A stretch of 64,000 nt of DNA, taken from the IMG/VR virus record IMGVR_UViG_3300050821_023931, positions 1 through 64,000 of that record. One strand, given 5' to 3'. The DNA comes from a virus. Made by a program: the position numbers and the translations under genes. Below the pieces are notes generated by a model, which saw only the letters and a program-made list of their open reading frames with translations, was not told the origin of the DNA and did not search any database. Below, piece after piece: positions 32,368-41,363 of the stretch (its first letter is position 1; each line of letters opens with the position of its first letter).

Positions 32368-32565
32368 ATGAAAAAAACATCAACTTATATGACTTATTGT
32401 TTTAAATGTGATGAATATTTATATTACTATCCAGCTAAACTAGTTTTAGAAACAACAAAAGATAGCATTATTAGTAACAGGACCAGAATAATTTCTCTTT
32501 CATGTAATACTTGTGGTAGAACTGGCAATTATGAATTTCCTGAAGAGTTTGAAAAGATAAATTAG
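32368..32565 (+). CDS. Small zinc-ribbon protein
   Basis: CFKC...CNTCG. Confidence 0.6.
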   Translation: MKKTSTYMTYCFKCDEYLYYYPAKLVLETTKDSIISNRTRIISLSCNTCGRTGNYEFPEEFEKIN

Positions 32566-32615
32566 TATATCAGAAAGAATTATTCAGATAAATACAATAA
32601 ATTATTTAAGTCATA

Positions 32616-34289
32616 ATGCGTAGCAGTAAATTTATAAAGTTGGATGTTGATGTTCTAATGGAATGGATATATGATGACCAGAATTTTTTAACAGAGGATT
32701 ATCGTGTTGTAGTTAATACCATAAATGATACTAGAGCTTTTAGTCAGCAAGCCATGACAGGACTTGTTAATACTGTTACAGATAATCAGACAGAGAACAA
32801 TTTATTTCCAATTGATGTAAATAAATGGGGTATCCTTGATCCTAATCAATCTACTAACCGCTATAATTATATTCAATATCAGGAATATCCCGGAAATGTC
32901 CCAGAAAGATATGATATTGTAGTATTACATTTTCCTATTGAATATACTTTTACGAATTATTTAGGTGTAGTACTTGAAATTTCTTGTTTAAATTATTCAC
33001 AAACAGAAAAAATAACTTTATCAAATTACTTTTTTGATAAAACAATTGTTTCAAGAAATTCTGATTTAGGTCTTACTGCACCACCGTTTATGTTTGAGGA
33101 AAGAATGTGGGGTAAGAATATACAGATTATGGTACCATCACCTTATTATGTTTCAAGAGAGGTAGTACCAAGTACTGCTTATGGAGTTACACCGGGATCT
33201 ATAAATGCTGATCTTGCAGGTAATACAGGAATTGGTTTATCACCACAATCTCCTATTTTTGTTGATTTTGGATTCCTTACAACAAAGAATACTACATTGT
33301 TACAAACGGCATATTATAGTACGGTTATGTATGGTGTAACATTACCTCAGGTACCTGATTTTGCAACCTTAGCTGTTACTATTGCTCATGCAACAGACGG
33401 TGATTATTTTGAGATAAATGGTCTTTATAACGGAGATATAAGTGACTTTAATAACTTCATGATACAAGCAGCAAATAATGGAAATAGTAGTTATATAATA
33501 TTTGATGTAACCGTGACTGAGAAGACTAGTGTTACAGGAACTTATTCTTTTCAAATGACTGAAAATTGGGAACAACCTATTACATTCAGACCTATAATAT
33601 TTTATTCAAATACAACAGCTGCTATACAAGTTACTATGCGTATAGTTCAGAATACTGACCAAACAAATATACTTATTCGAACTGTAACATATGCTATGTT
33701 ACAGAATGAAGTTTCTAAATATTCAAGGAATCTTACTAAGATAAATGTTGCAAATACTTTCAAGCCAAAACTTTATAATGCTAAACCGGATCAGATAATT
33801 TTTAATAATGCTGATCAGAGACTTACCAAAACTCAGACTATTCAAGTACCTTATCCTGTAATATATGACAGATTTAATATTTTAGTTAAGAATTTATCTG
33901 AACAAGTAAATGATACCACTTGGTATGGTCTTGGTCAAAGTCAAATTTTATTATTTCCTTCACCATCTGACAATATTGTAAAATTTGCTATTGGTAAAGG
34001 TTCTACAGCTGCTGGTATGGTACCGTTTCAAATACAAACTGGTGCTGATGTAGAATTAGTATTTAAGTCAGCTTCTAAATTAATAAAAGCAAGTCTTTGG
34101 GTTGAATCAGGACAAGTTGACTTTACACAAGGTATGATCGTATTTCGTATCTTAGCCAATCAAATGGATGATATTGAAAAGATAGAAAAAGATGGTTTCG
34201 ATCAATATTATATTACTATTACAGATCCTGTTTCTACAGTAACAACAATCCTTTATGCTGGAAGATATTTATTATATAATACAAAATAA
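32616..34289 (+). CDS. Putative virion structural protein
   Basis: 557 aa; T/N/Y-rich, beta-like composition similar to the other structural ORFs. Confidence 0.55.
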   Translation: MRSSKFIKLDVDVLMEWIYDDQNFLTEDYRVVVNTINDTRAFSQQAMTGLVNTVTDNQTENNLFPIDVNKWGILDPNQSTNRYNYIQYQEYPGNVPERYDIVVLHFPIEYTFTNYLGVVLEISCLNYSQTEKITLSNYFFDKTIVSRNSDLGLTAPPFMFEERMWGKNIQIMVPSPYYVSREVVPSTAYGVTPGSINADLAGNTGIGLSPQSPIFVDFGFLTTKNTTLLQTAYYSTVMYGVTLPQVPDFATLAVTIAHATDGDYFEINGLYNGDISDFNNFMIQAANNGNSSYIIFDVTVTEKTSVTGTYSFQMTENWEQPITFRPIIFYSNTTAAIQVTMRIVQNTDQTNILIRTVTYAMLQNEVSKYSRNLTKINVANTFKPKLYNAKPDQIIFNNADQRLTKTQTIQVPYPVIYDRFNILVKNLSEQVNDTTWYGLGQSQILLFPSPSDNIVKFAIGKGSTAAGMVPFQIQTGADVELVFKSASKLIKASLWVESGQVDFTQGMIVFRILANQMDDIEKIEKDGFDQYYITITDPVSTVTTILYAGRYLLYNTK

Positions 34290-34300
34290 TACAAAATAAT

Positions 34301-34459
34301 ATGGAAGAAAAGAAATATGTTTTAGAAGGTGTTTTTACTGAATTTGGTAATACATCATCATATCCTGGAAGAATCTATGGTCTTCATGTTTGGGATAAGA
34401 AAAAGAAACGTTGGAAAGTTGATCCTCTATTTGAAAAAGAATTGGGTATTCAAAAATAG
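34301..34459 (+). CDS. 52-aa protein resembling the prohead protease (gp21) N-terminus
   Basis: Not in track. MEEKKYVLEGVFTEFGNTSSYPGRIYG... Confidence 0.55.
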   Translation: MEEKKYVLEGVFTEFGNTSSYPGRIYGLHVWDKKKKRWKVDPLFEKELGIQK

Positions 34460-34477
34460 TTTTTGTAATTTTACTTT

Positions 34478-34810
34478 ATGATTATAAAAGTATATGACAA
34501 AGTTATTAAAAACGAAGGTAATTGGGTTCCTAACGAATTTGATGCCTGGGGTCGAGGAGTTGGTATTGGAGAAATAATATCAATTGTTGGAAATTATGGT
34601 CAGATTCGTTGGCCGAATGGTATACATTTAGAAAATCTATCACATTTGAAATTAATGCCTTTAAAAAAGAATCATATTATATGTCCTAAATGTAAATCAA
34701 CCGATACTTATGAAACAGTAACAATAGAAGGTTGTAATAACTGTGGATTTTTTAAAGATTATCATAATTGGGATCATAATGAACCAGATTTTTACTATGA
34801 AGAAAGTTAA
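34478..34810 (+). CDS. Hypothetical protein with a C-terminal zinc ribbon
   Basis: CPKC...CNNCG. Confidence 0.6.
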   Translation: MIIKVYDKVIKNEGNWVPNEFDAWGRGVGIGEIISIVGNYGQIRWPNGIHLENLSHLKLMPLKKNHIICPKCKSTDTYETVTIEGCNNCGFFKDYHNWDHNEPDFYYEES

Positions 34811-34819
34811 ATGAATAGT

Positions 34820-35098
34820 TTATAAATCCATATCACTTGATATGGTTATCCCGAAATTCATACCATCACTATTTACATATTTTGTATAAGATCTTCCGTA
34901 AGATCCGGCATCAGGTTGTTTAACTGGTTGTGGTCTTGATACTGGTTCTGCTCTTCTTGAACAATCTATGACGGGCACAGAACTATTTGGTGCTGGATTA
35001 TTTTCAATTATTTGTTCTTGTGTTTGAACTACAGTAACGGTATAATACTTATTAGTGTAATGATTTAATACTTTCCCCTGATTATTGTTATAATACAT
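34820..35098 (-). CDS. Hypothetical protein
   Basis: 92 aa; CATATATAA upstream at 35113-35121. Confidence 0.55.
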   Translation of the reverse strand: MYYNNNQGKVLNHYTNKYYTVTVVQTQEQIIENNPAPNSSVPVIDCSRRAEPVSRPQPVKQPDAGSYGRSYTKYVNSDGMNFGITISSDMDL

Positions 35099-35166
35099 AA
35101 GGCTTTTTCTTTTTATATATGAAAAGATTTGGCTGAACTGATATATAATGAAAATAGAAATTATTT

Positions 35167-36375
35167 ATGTCATTAAAATACTTTGATTCATTTAGCAAGT
35201 TTTTAGAAAATAAAACTGAAGCTGGTGATACAGATATAAAATCTAAATTTCTTAGAAGAGATCCAGATAAACTTATTCATAAAGCTAAGGATAACATGTA
35301 TTCTTTAAATTTTGATCACGCACTTGAATTATTTTCTAAAGCTTTCAGGAATGCTAGAGAAGAGGATAAAGATGAAGCTGTAGAAGAAATAATGTCAGCT
35401 ATAGATTCATTTGAAGTAGAAAAATTACCTAATCTAGATGATGATCAGAAAGAAGAGTTTAAAAAATTTGAAGATGATTTAGATTTATCTTTTATTGAAT
35501 CAGATAGAAAATTAAAAGCTGCTTTAAGAAAGATTGATAATGCTGAGGATAAAATTACAGATGCTGAAGAAGCTCTAAAAAATAAGGATCTTATAAAAGC
35601 TGCTGAATATATTAAGGATGCTGAAAGAAAAATAGATAAAGCTTATTTTAAGAAAATTGAAGATAGTGAAGCCTCTGATGAGGATAAAGAAACCGTTAGA
35701 CATAAAATAGCTGATGTAATAAGTAAAATAGCAACTGTCCAGGCTGATATAAAAGAAGAGACAGAAAATATTAGTGATGAAGCTGAAAAGGAAAGAGTCA
35801 ATAAAAAATTAGATAAAAGAGAACTTGAAGTTGTAGCTAATTTAGAAGATCCTACTCTACCTTCAGCTGCGGTTGGTACAATAGGTACACATATTAATAA
35901 TACGGAGCAAACAACAAATGAACCAGCTAAAACTGATGATACTGTTAAAAGTAATGTTACTACTACTTCAGAGACTGAAAAAGCAAAAGAGGAAGATATA
36001 GTAAACAAAGAAAATGTTCTTCAAGTTGCTTTAGATCCAGAACTATATAAAAATCCTAAATTTAAAAAGACTTTAAATGAAATAGATGCTAATAGACTCG
36101 CAATAATTCTATGGAATGCTATGGATGGGTTAGGTACAAATGAAGAAATTTTATTTAATGCATTACGTTCACCACAGCTTAAAAATATAGCAGATTATTC
36201 ATATCTATCCGATGTTTACAAAAAAATATCTGCTCAAAAAGGAGATGATCCAGTACAAGATCTTTACTTAGCAATATATGATACTCTTATGGGTCAGACA
36301 GAATTAACTACTTCTGAAAGAGATGAATTAGCAGATATTATACTTAATAAGATTAAAGACTCTTTTAAAAAATAA
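35167..36375 (+). CDS. Helical protein with a C-terminal annexin-like repeat; putative internal head protein
   Basis: DANRLAIILWNAMDGLGTNEEILFNAL...Y...DLY.AI; N-terminus KYFDSFSKFLE. Confidence 0.7.
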   Translation: MSLKYFDSFSKFLENKTEAGDTDIKSKFLRRDPDKLIHKAKDNMYSLNFDHALELFSKAFRNAREEDKDEAVEEIMSAIDSFEVEKLPNLDDDQKEEFKKFEDDLDLSFIESDRKLKAALRKIDNAEDKITDAEEALKNKDLIKAAEYIKDAERKIDKAYFKKIEDSEASDEDKETVRHKIADVISKIATVQADIKEETENISDEAEKERVNKKLDKRELEVVANLEDPTLPSAAVGTIGTHINNTEQTTNEPAKTDDTVKSNVTTTSETEKAKEEDIVNKENVLQVALDPELYKNPKFKKTLNEIDANRLAIILWNAMDGLGTNEEILFNALRSPQLKNIADYSYLSDVYKKISAQKGDDPVQDLYLAIYDTLMGQTELTTSERDELADIILNKIKDSFKK

Positions 36376-36384
36376 GTACTATAA

Positions 36385-36963
36385 ATGCAACCAAATTCTA
36401 ATAATAGTCAGTTTGTCTTTTGTTTACCAACAGATTTTGTTCCAGATGTTTTGGAATATAAATATAGAAAACATTTACAAAATTATCATCTACCTTTTGA
36501 AACTGTAGTTGATTATTTAAATTCATCGATAAAAGAATTTGATATGCCATCTTTAACTTTTCAGACAGTCGAGCAAACTACTCGTTATGGAAAAAAAATA
36601 GGTTATAGAGGTGGGGGAAGCCCATATGATGTTTATAATAATAAACTAAATATCACATTCAGATCTATTAATAACCATGCTAATTATTTCATTATGCGAG
36701 ATTGCTTAATGTATCATTATATAAATTCATCTAATATATTTGTATCACCATTTCTTGTTTATGTATTAGATTTTTATTATAATGAAAATTTTATTTATAC
36801 TTTTAAAGAATTAATACCTACTGGTTTAACAGATTTTAAATTGGCTTATCATGATCAAGACAATGACGAAAAAATATTTTCAGTAACGGCTATCTATAAT
36901 TATTTAGAAATAGAATATTTACTTCATGATAAGCCACAACTTCCACCAAAAAAGCATCTATAA
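36385..36963 (+). CDS. Tail tube-fold protein, T4 gp3-like (tail completion)
   Basis: KEFDMPSLTF...LNITFRSINNHANYFIM...YTFKELIPTGL.DFKLAY...FSVTAIY. Confidence 0.65.
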   Translation: MQPNSNNSQFVFCLPTDFVPDVLEYKYRKHLQNYHLPFETVVDYLNSSIKEFDMPSLTFQTVEQTTRYGKKIGYRGGGSPYDVYNNKLNITFRSINNHANYFIMRDCLMYHYINSSNIFVSPFLVYVLDFYYNENFIYTFKELIPTGLTDFKLAYHDQDNDEKIFSVTAIYNYLEIEYLLHDKPQLPPKKHL

Positions 36964-36988
36964 CTATTATTAGATTCTTAAAAATTGT

Positions 36989-37387
36989 ATGGAAGAAAGA
37001 AACGAAATCCTTAAGGCCAATATACTTGCCTTATTCAAATTATTTGATAATGCTACACATGTAATTGTAAATTATATGATAAGTCATAATGCATTTACAC
37101 AGAATTTTCAAGATTTGATTATTAATAATAATAAACTTACTCAACTCTCGAAGTTAGAAGATCCGAAACCACCATTTTTTCATTCTCAAAATGAAATGCA
37201 TAATTATTATAATGATCTTTTTGTACAACCAAAACATGAACCGGTTGAACCTAAACCTGTACCCTTCAAAAATGAAACTGAGTGTTTACAATCACAACTT
37301 ATAGAAGCTTTAGCAAAAGAGGATTATTTAAAAGCAGCACATATCAGGGATTATGCTAACGAATTTAAAATTAATTTGCAAGCATAA
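36989..37387 (+). CDS. Protein with a C-terminal UVR (UvrB/UvrC) coiled-coil motif
   Basis: LQSQLIEALAKEDYLKAAHIRD. Confidence 0.7.
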   Translation: MEERNEILKANILALFKLFDNATHVIVNYMISHNAFTQNFQDLIINNNKLTQLSKLEDPKPPFFHSQNEMHNYYNDLFVQPKHEPVEPKPVPFKNETECLQSQLIEALAKEDYLKAAHIRDYANEFKINLQA

Positions 37388-37390
37388 TCA

Positions 37391-37416
37391 AAACTTTATT
37401 TTTAAAACCAATATAA
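37391..37416 (+). promoter_or_regulatory. Bipartite promoter AAACTTT-N12-AATATAA (S1 gene)
   Basis: 12-nt spacer. Confidence 0.65.
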
Positions 37417-37449
37417 CTATAAGTTAACCACTTTTAAATATAACTATAA

Positions 37450-38604
37450 ATGATTAGAACACTAGAACCAGAAATTGATATCTTCGATGATATTACATCC
37501 TTAATTAAGGTAAGAAAGGGTGAAAAAATTTTAAGTAGAGAACCTTATGCTGCCGAGCTTTATAATTTAATGCTTGGATATGACACATATGATTCTTCTA
37601 CGAATACTTTAGCAGAAGGAGATGTTGTTGAAGGTAGAATAGTTCAAATGACAGAACTGTATCTTGCTGTTGACATTCGCTCAAAAGATTATCTCTATAT
37701 TGACATGAGGTCTGATGAGTCTCTAGCAATTAGAGAATCTGGTAAAACTATTGGTGATAAAATATCTGTACTTGTTACACATTTTAAAACTGATCCATAT
37801 GATGCTAGAGGAAGTTTTACTAAGTATTTAAGACAAGTTGTTGAAGTAAAAATGAAGGAGGATTCTGATACTGAAACAATGTTCAAATGTTACATCAAAG
37901 AATTGACTCCGGCTGGTTATCTTGTTGATATTGTTCGTGAGGGTCTTAAATTTGCAGCCTTTATGCCTAATACTCTTGCTGGTGTAAATAAACTACATGA
38001 TCCACAATCATTAGTTGGTACCACAATGGATATTATGTTAGATGGTTACAGTTATGAAAAGAAAACCTTCATTGCTTCCAGAAAGAAATATTTAGAGACT
38101 TTGATTCCTTCAACTATCAAGAAAATGGATATCACTGATGCTGAAGGTAATTATTTACCATACGAAGGTGTTGTTACTGGTGTATCTGATTTTGGTGTGT
38201 TTGTTGAAGTTTATGGTTGTGTTACTGGACTTATTCATAAGTCTAATATTGAGCCTGAACTTAAAATTGATACAATTCAGCCAGGTAAAATTATAGCTTT
38301 CTATATTAAAGAGAAACTAGCTAAGAAATTAATACTTACTAGAGTTATTCGTGAGACAATTTGGGATACCATAAGAGGTGGTCGAATATACGATGGTATA
38401 GTGAAAGATATTAAATCATTTGGTGCTCTTATCCGTTTGGATGAAGAAACAATAGGTCTTATACACAATTTAGAAATGGTAAAAGGTGGCTTTACATTAA
38501 AAGCTGGTGATACTGCTCGTGTAAAAGTTCTTTCTGTTAATAGAGAAGATAGAAAAATTTTCTTGACTATGGCTCCTAAAAAGACCTCTAAACCAGCTAA
38601 ATAA
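37450..38604 (+). CDS. rpsA: Ribosomal protein S1 homolog (about four S1 domains)
   Basis: GDVVEGRIV; AAFMP; YEGVVTGVSDFGVFVE..GLIHKSNI; GIVKDIKSFGALIRL..GLIH..GD..RVKVLSVN. Confidence 0.85.
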   Translation: MIRTLEPEIDIFDDITSLIKVRKGEKILSREPYAAELYNLMLGYDTYDSSTNTLAEGDVVEGRIVQMTELYLAVDIRSKDYLYIDMRSDESLAIRESGKTIGDKISVLVTHFKTDPYDARGSFTKYLRQVVEVKMKEDSDTETMFKCYIKELTPAGYLVDIVREGLKFAAFMPNTLAGVNKLHDPQSLVGTTMDIMLDGYSYEKKTFIASRKKYLETLIPSTIKKMDITDAEGNYLPYEGVVTGVSDFGVFVEVYGCVTGLIHKSNIEPELKIDTIQPGKIIAFYIKEKLAKKLILTRVIRETIWDTIRGGRIYDGIVKDIKSFGALIRLDEETIGLIHNLEMVKGGFTLKAGDTARVKVLSVNREDRKIFLTMAPKKTSKPAK

Positions 38605-38627
38605 ATCCTGCTAACAAGTAGGTAAAC

Positions 38628-38662
38628 AAAAACCTCCAGTATATTTTACTGGAGGTTTTTTT
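38628..38662 (+). terminator. Intrinsic terminator after the S1 gene
   Basis: AAAAACCTCCAGTA-loop-TACTGGAGGTTTTTTT. Confidence 0.85.
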
Positions 38663-38678
38663 ATTATGTAAATTGTTT

Positions 38679-38686
38679 TATATTTG
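38679..38686 (+). promoter_or_regulatory. Bacteroidota-type -7 element TATATTTG
   Basis: 21 nt upstream of the DHFR ATG. Confidence 0.7.
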
Positions 38687-38707
38687 TGTTTATAACAAAG
38701 TTTTTAT

Positions 38708-39214
38708 ATGAATGCTATTGTATGTGTTGATGTTAATGGTGGTATCGGTTTAGATACAGATCTCTTATTTCATTTCTCAAAAGATATGAAACGATTCAAA
38801 TCTCTTACTCAGAATTCCGTAGTAATTATGGGTAGGAAAACTTTCGAGACTTTTCCCAGTCCTTTGAAAAATAGAATAAATATTGTTCTTACTAAACAAA
38901 TTGACTATGTTAAAGAGGGTGTTATCGTAACAAATAAAGAAAATATTAACAGTATTTTAAGTAGGCCTGAATTTAAAGATATGTCTGTTTGGATTATTGG
39001 TGGAGCCGAGATATATGAGTTATTTCGTGATGAAATAACTTGCTGGGAAATAACATATGTCCCAGAGGTTGTTGAAAGTAATGTGAATATCAGTGAACTT
39101 ATTAAATGTATAAGAAGTACTTGGTATCGGTCAGAGATAACTGAAAATATTGATTTTGATAAAAAAACTGATACAGAAAAAACCTTTTATTTTGAAACAT
39201 ATAAACCATGCTAG
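38708..39214 (+). CDS. folA: Dihydrofolate reductase
   Basis: GIG..DL...DMKRFKSLT..VVIMGRKT..PLKNRINIVLT..WIIGGAEIY. Confidence 0.95.
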   Translation: MNAIVCVDVNGGIGLDTDLLFHFSKDMKRFKSLTQNSVVIMGRKTFETFPSPLKNRINIVLTKQIDYVKEGVIVTNKENINSILSRPEFKDMSVWIIGGAEIYELFRDEITCWEITYVPEVVESNVNISELIKCIRSTWYRSEITENIDFDKKTDTEKTFYFETYKPC

Positions 39215-39858
39215 TAGTAGAATCTAAATATAGAGAAATTGCCCGGTATATCATTTTCATGAAAATGGCTGAGAACCTGGCTAAATTAAGTTGTGATCCT
39301 AAACGGCAGGTTGGAGCTTTGCTTATTAAGAAGGACTTTAAAAATGTTATTAGTATTGGTATCAATGGTACTATACCTGGAGCATCAAACAGACGTTCTA
39401 GCATGGAGACAGGATCTTCCGGACTGAGACATGCTGAAAGGAATTGTTTGGTTATGGCTAATGTTACAAACCCAAAAGAGTATATGTTATTCTGTACTTT
39501 ATCACCTTGCCCAGATTGTGCTGGTGATATTGCTGTAGCAGGTATTGATACTGTTTATTATAAGGATATTTACCCAAGTGGTTTTAAGGCTGGCCAGATA
39601 GCCATGACAGAAGCAGATATTAATGTTGAATCTATATGGGCTAAATTAAACAGACTGTTTACCGATATCGTTCATGGATCCATGGTCCTTTACAGAGAAT
39701 CTTTTTATAGTAAAACTATAACTAATGAAGGTGTAACCATATTAACAAAAAAGTATCTCGAAAAATTCGGGATACCTTTTGATGATAATTTAGATATGAC
39801 AGACTGGAAATACGACTTTGTTGGAAGTTTTACCAAATATCTGTATAGTGTTGTTTAG
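39208..39858 (+). CDS. dCMP deaminase
   Basis: RQVGAL, GING, HAERN, SPCPDCA. Confidence 0.9.
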   Translation: MLVVESKYREIARYIIFMKMAENLAKLSCDPKRQVGALLIKKDFKNVISIGINGTIPGASNRRSSMETGSSGLRHAERNCLVMANVTNPKEYMLFCTLSPCPDCAGDIAVAGIDTVYYKDIYPSGFKAGQIAMTEADINVESIWAKLNRLFTDIVHGSMVLYRESFYSKTITNEGVTILTKKYLEKFGIPFDDNLDMTDWKYDFVGSFTKYLYSVV

Positions 39859-40196
39859 TATTTATTAAACTCGGCGTAGATGTTATTAACTTTTTTAACA
39901 AGATTTTCATCCGCTACTTCGTTTCTCAACATACTTCTGTGGCTATTTAAAATAGCGATCATGTGACTAAGTTTAGCAACAAGATCTTTGTTTTTAATTT
40001 CAGTCTCTTCAGGAGTAGTTGCTGCTGGTTCAGCTGGTGTTTGATCTTCACCGAAATCAACTGAATCGTTAGTAGTTGAAGCTGGTGGTGTAGCTGTTCC
40101 TGATGAGGAAGCTGTAGTTGTTTGTTTATCTTCTTCGAATTCTAAATTTTCATTAGCTTTAGTAAATTCGTGGAATGATTTAAGTTTTCTTTCCAT
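39855..40196 (-). CDS. Acidic small protein, putative prohead core/internal protein
   Basis: N-terminus KLKSFHEFTKANE; two ATATATA elements upstream. Confidence 0.6.
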   Translation of the reverse strand: MERKLKSFHEFTKANENLEFEEDKQTTTASSSGTATPPASTTNDSVDFGEDQTPAEPAATTPEETEIKNKDLVAKLSHMIAILNSHRSMLRNEVADENLVKKVNNIYAEFNKY

Positions 40197-40295
40197 AGGT
40201 TTTATTCTGTTTTAAGTATTTTATAGATTTATATATCTCAGACTCTATATATCAATTGTAATTATGGTGAAAATATTTTTTGAATATATAAATAC

Positions 40296-40460
40296 ATGAG
40301 TGATATAAAATTAGATACAGCAATTAAATGTTCTAACTGTGGATGTGTGACCAATGTTGTGAAAACTTTATGTCCTATAAGTGAGACAAAAGGTAAACAA
40401 TCTTATATTAATATATGTACAAAATGTTTTCTTAAAAAGTGTTTATCTATTTTTAAATAA
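40296..40460 (+). CDS. Small zinc-finger protein (54 aa)
   Basis: Not in track. CSNCG...ICTKC; AATATATAAA upstream. Confidence 0.6.
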   Translation: MSDIKLDTAIKCSNCGCVTNVVKTLCPISETKGKQSYINICTKCFLKKCLSIFK

Positions 40461-40496
40461 ATGCGTGAGGGAGCCAGCGAACCCTTATAGATACTA

Positions 40497-40838
40497 GTGA
40501 TGAAAACTATTTATCTTATTCGTTCAATATCCAAAGAAGGAGATCCTACCTACAAAATTGGTATAACAAGTAAAGAATTTGTATCCAAAAGATTACAAGA
40601 ATTACAGACAGGTAATGCAGGCGTTTTAGATGTTTTATATCGGTTTGAAACTAAGATTGGTGAACAGGTTGAAAGAGCTGTACAAAATTATTATAGCGTT
40701 GGTCGATTAAACAGAGAATGGTTTGATATTGATTATCTAAAAGTAGATGATTTTTTAAGTGTTTGTGAGAAAACAGAAAATAATATAGCCTTGATGATTT
40801 CGGAGAATACATACTTTCAAAATAAAAGAGGCTTTTAG
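40497..40838 (+). CDS. T5orf172/GIY-YIG-like protein
   Basis: IYLI..YKIGIT...KRLQELQTGN...E...REWF. Confidence 0.8.
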   Translation: MMKTIYLIRSISKEGDPTYKIGITSKEFVSKRLQELQTGNAGVLDVLYRFETKIGEQVERAVQNYYSVGRLNREWFDIDYLKVDDFLSVCEKTENNIALMISENTYFQNKRGF

Positions 40839-40849
40839 AGCCTCTTTTT
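40824..40849. terminator. Bidirectional terminator between convergent genes
   Basis: AAAAGAGGCT-tttag-AGCCTCTTTT. Confidence 0.75.
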
Positions 40850-40850
40850 A

Positions 40851-41309
40851 TTAACCAATTACTTTAATATTTTCTGGTGGAACCGTTTCATCAAGAGTGA
40901 TGTCACCACCTACTAAATCAGGATGAGCATCCATATAAATATCAAATAACATATCCCAGTCGGTCTCACCAGTTTCTTCATCCTCCATTAAATCAGAATT
41001 CCAATAAGTATTTTCCTCTGGGTATAGATCATAATAACTATCAGGTGTAATTGTTATCTCTAATAGTACTGTGTCACCACCAACTCTCTGTATACCAGGA
41101 TCACCTAAAACTGTATGAATTACAGGTATTATTCTACCATAATTAGGAGAAAGACCTTCTTTCATTATATTTTCTAAATATTTAGGTTCCGTTCTGTGGT
41201 ATAATTTAACACCATTAGGAAACATAGCTGTTAATTTATTTACAAAAATATCTTGAAAATACGATTCGCTATACTCGAAATTTTCAAATGTTTTAATGTA
41301 AATACCCAT
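40851..41309 (-). CDS. ADP-ribosyltransferase-fold (Tpt1/KptA C-domain-like) protein
   Basis: LYHRT...LENIMKEGLSP...VLLEI...VPPENI; N-terminus IKTFENFE. Confidence 0.6.
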   Translation of the reverse strand: MGIYIKTFENFEYSESYFQDIFVNKLTAMFPNGVKLYHRTEPKYLENIMKEGLSPNYGRIIPVIHTVLGDPGIQRVGGDTVLLEITITPDSYYDLYPEENTYWNSDLMEDEETGETDWDMLFDIYMDAHPDLVGGDITLDETVPPENIKVIG

Positions 41310-41363
41310 GATATAAATTTATAAATTTGATGTATATATGCTGTTTAGAATAGATGATGTTAT

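Noticed and set aside
20049-39858. Bacterial chromosome origin suggested by dnaK, rpsA and folA
   Set aside because: These genes are interleaved with gp61, gp18, gp32, gp3 and gp47 homologs, share phage promoter motifs, are divergent, and lack bacterial operon context.
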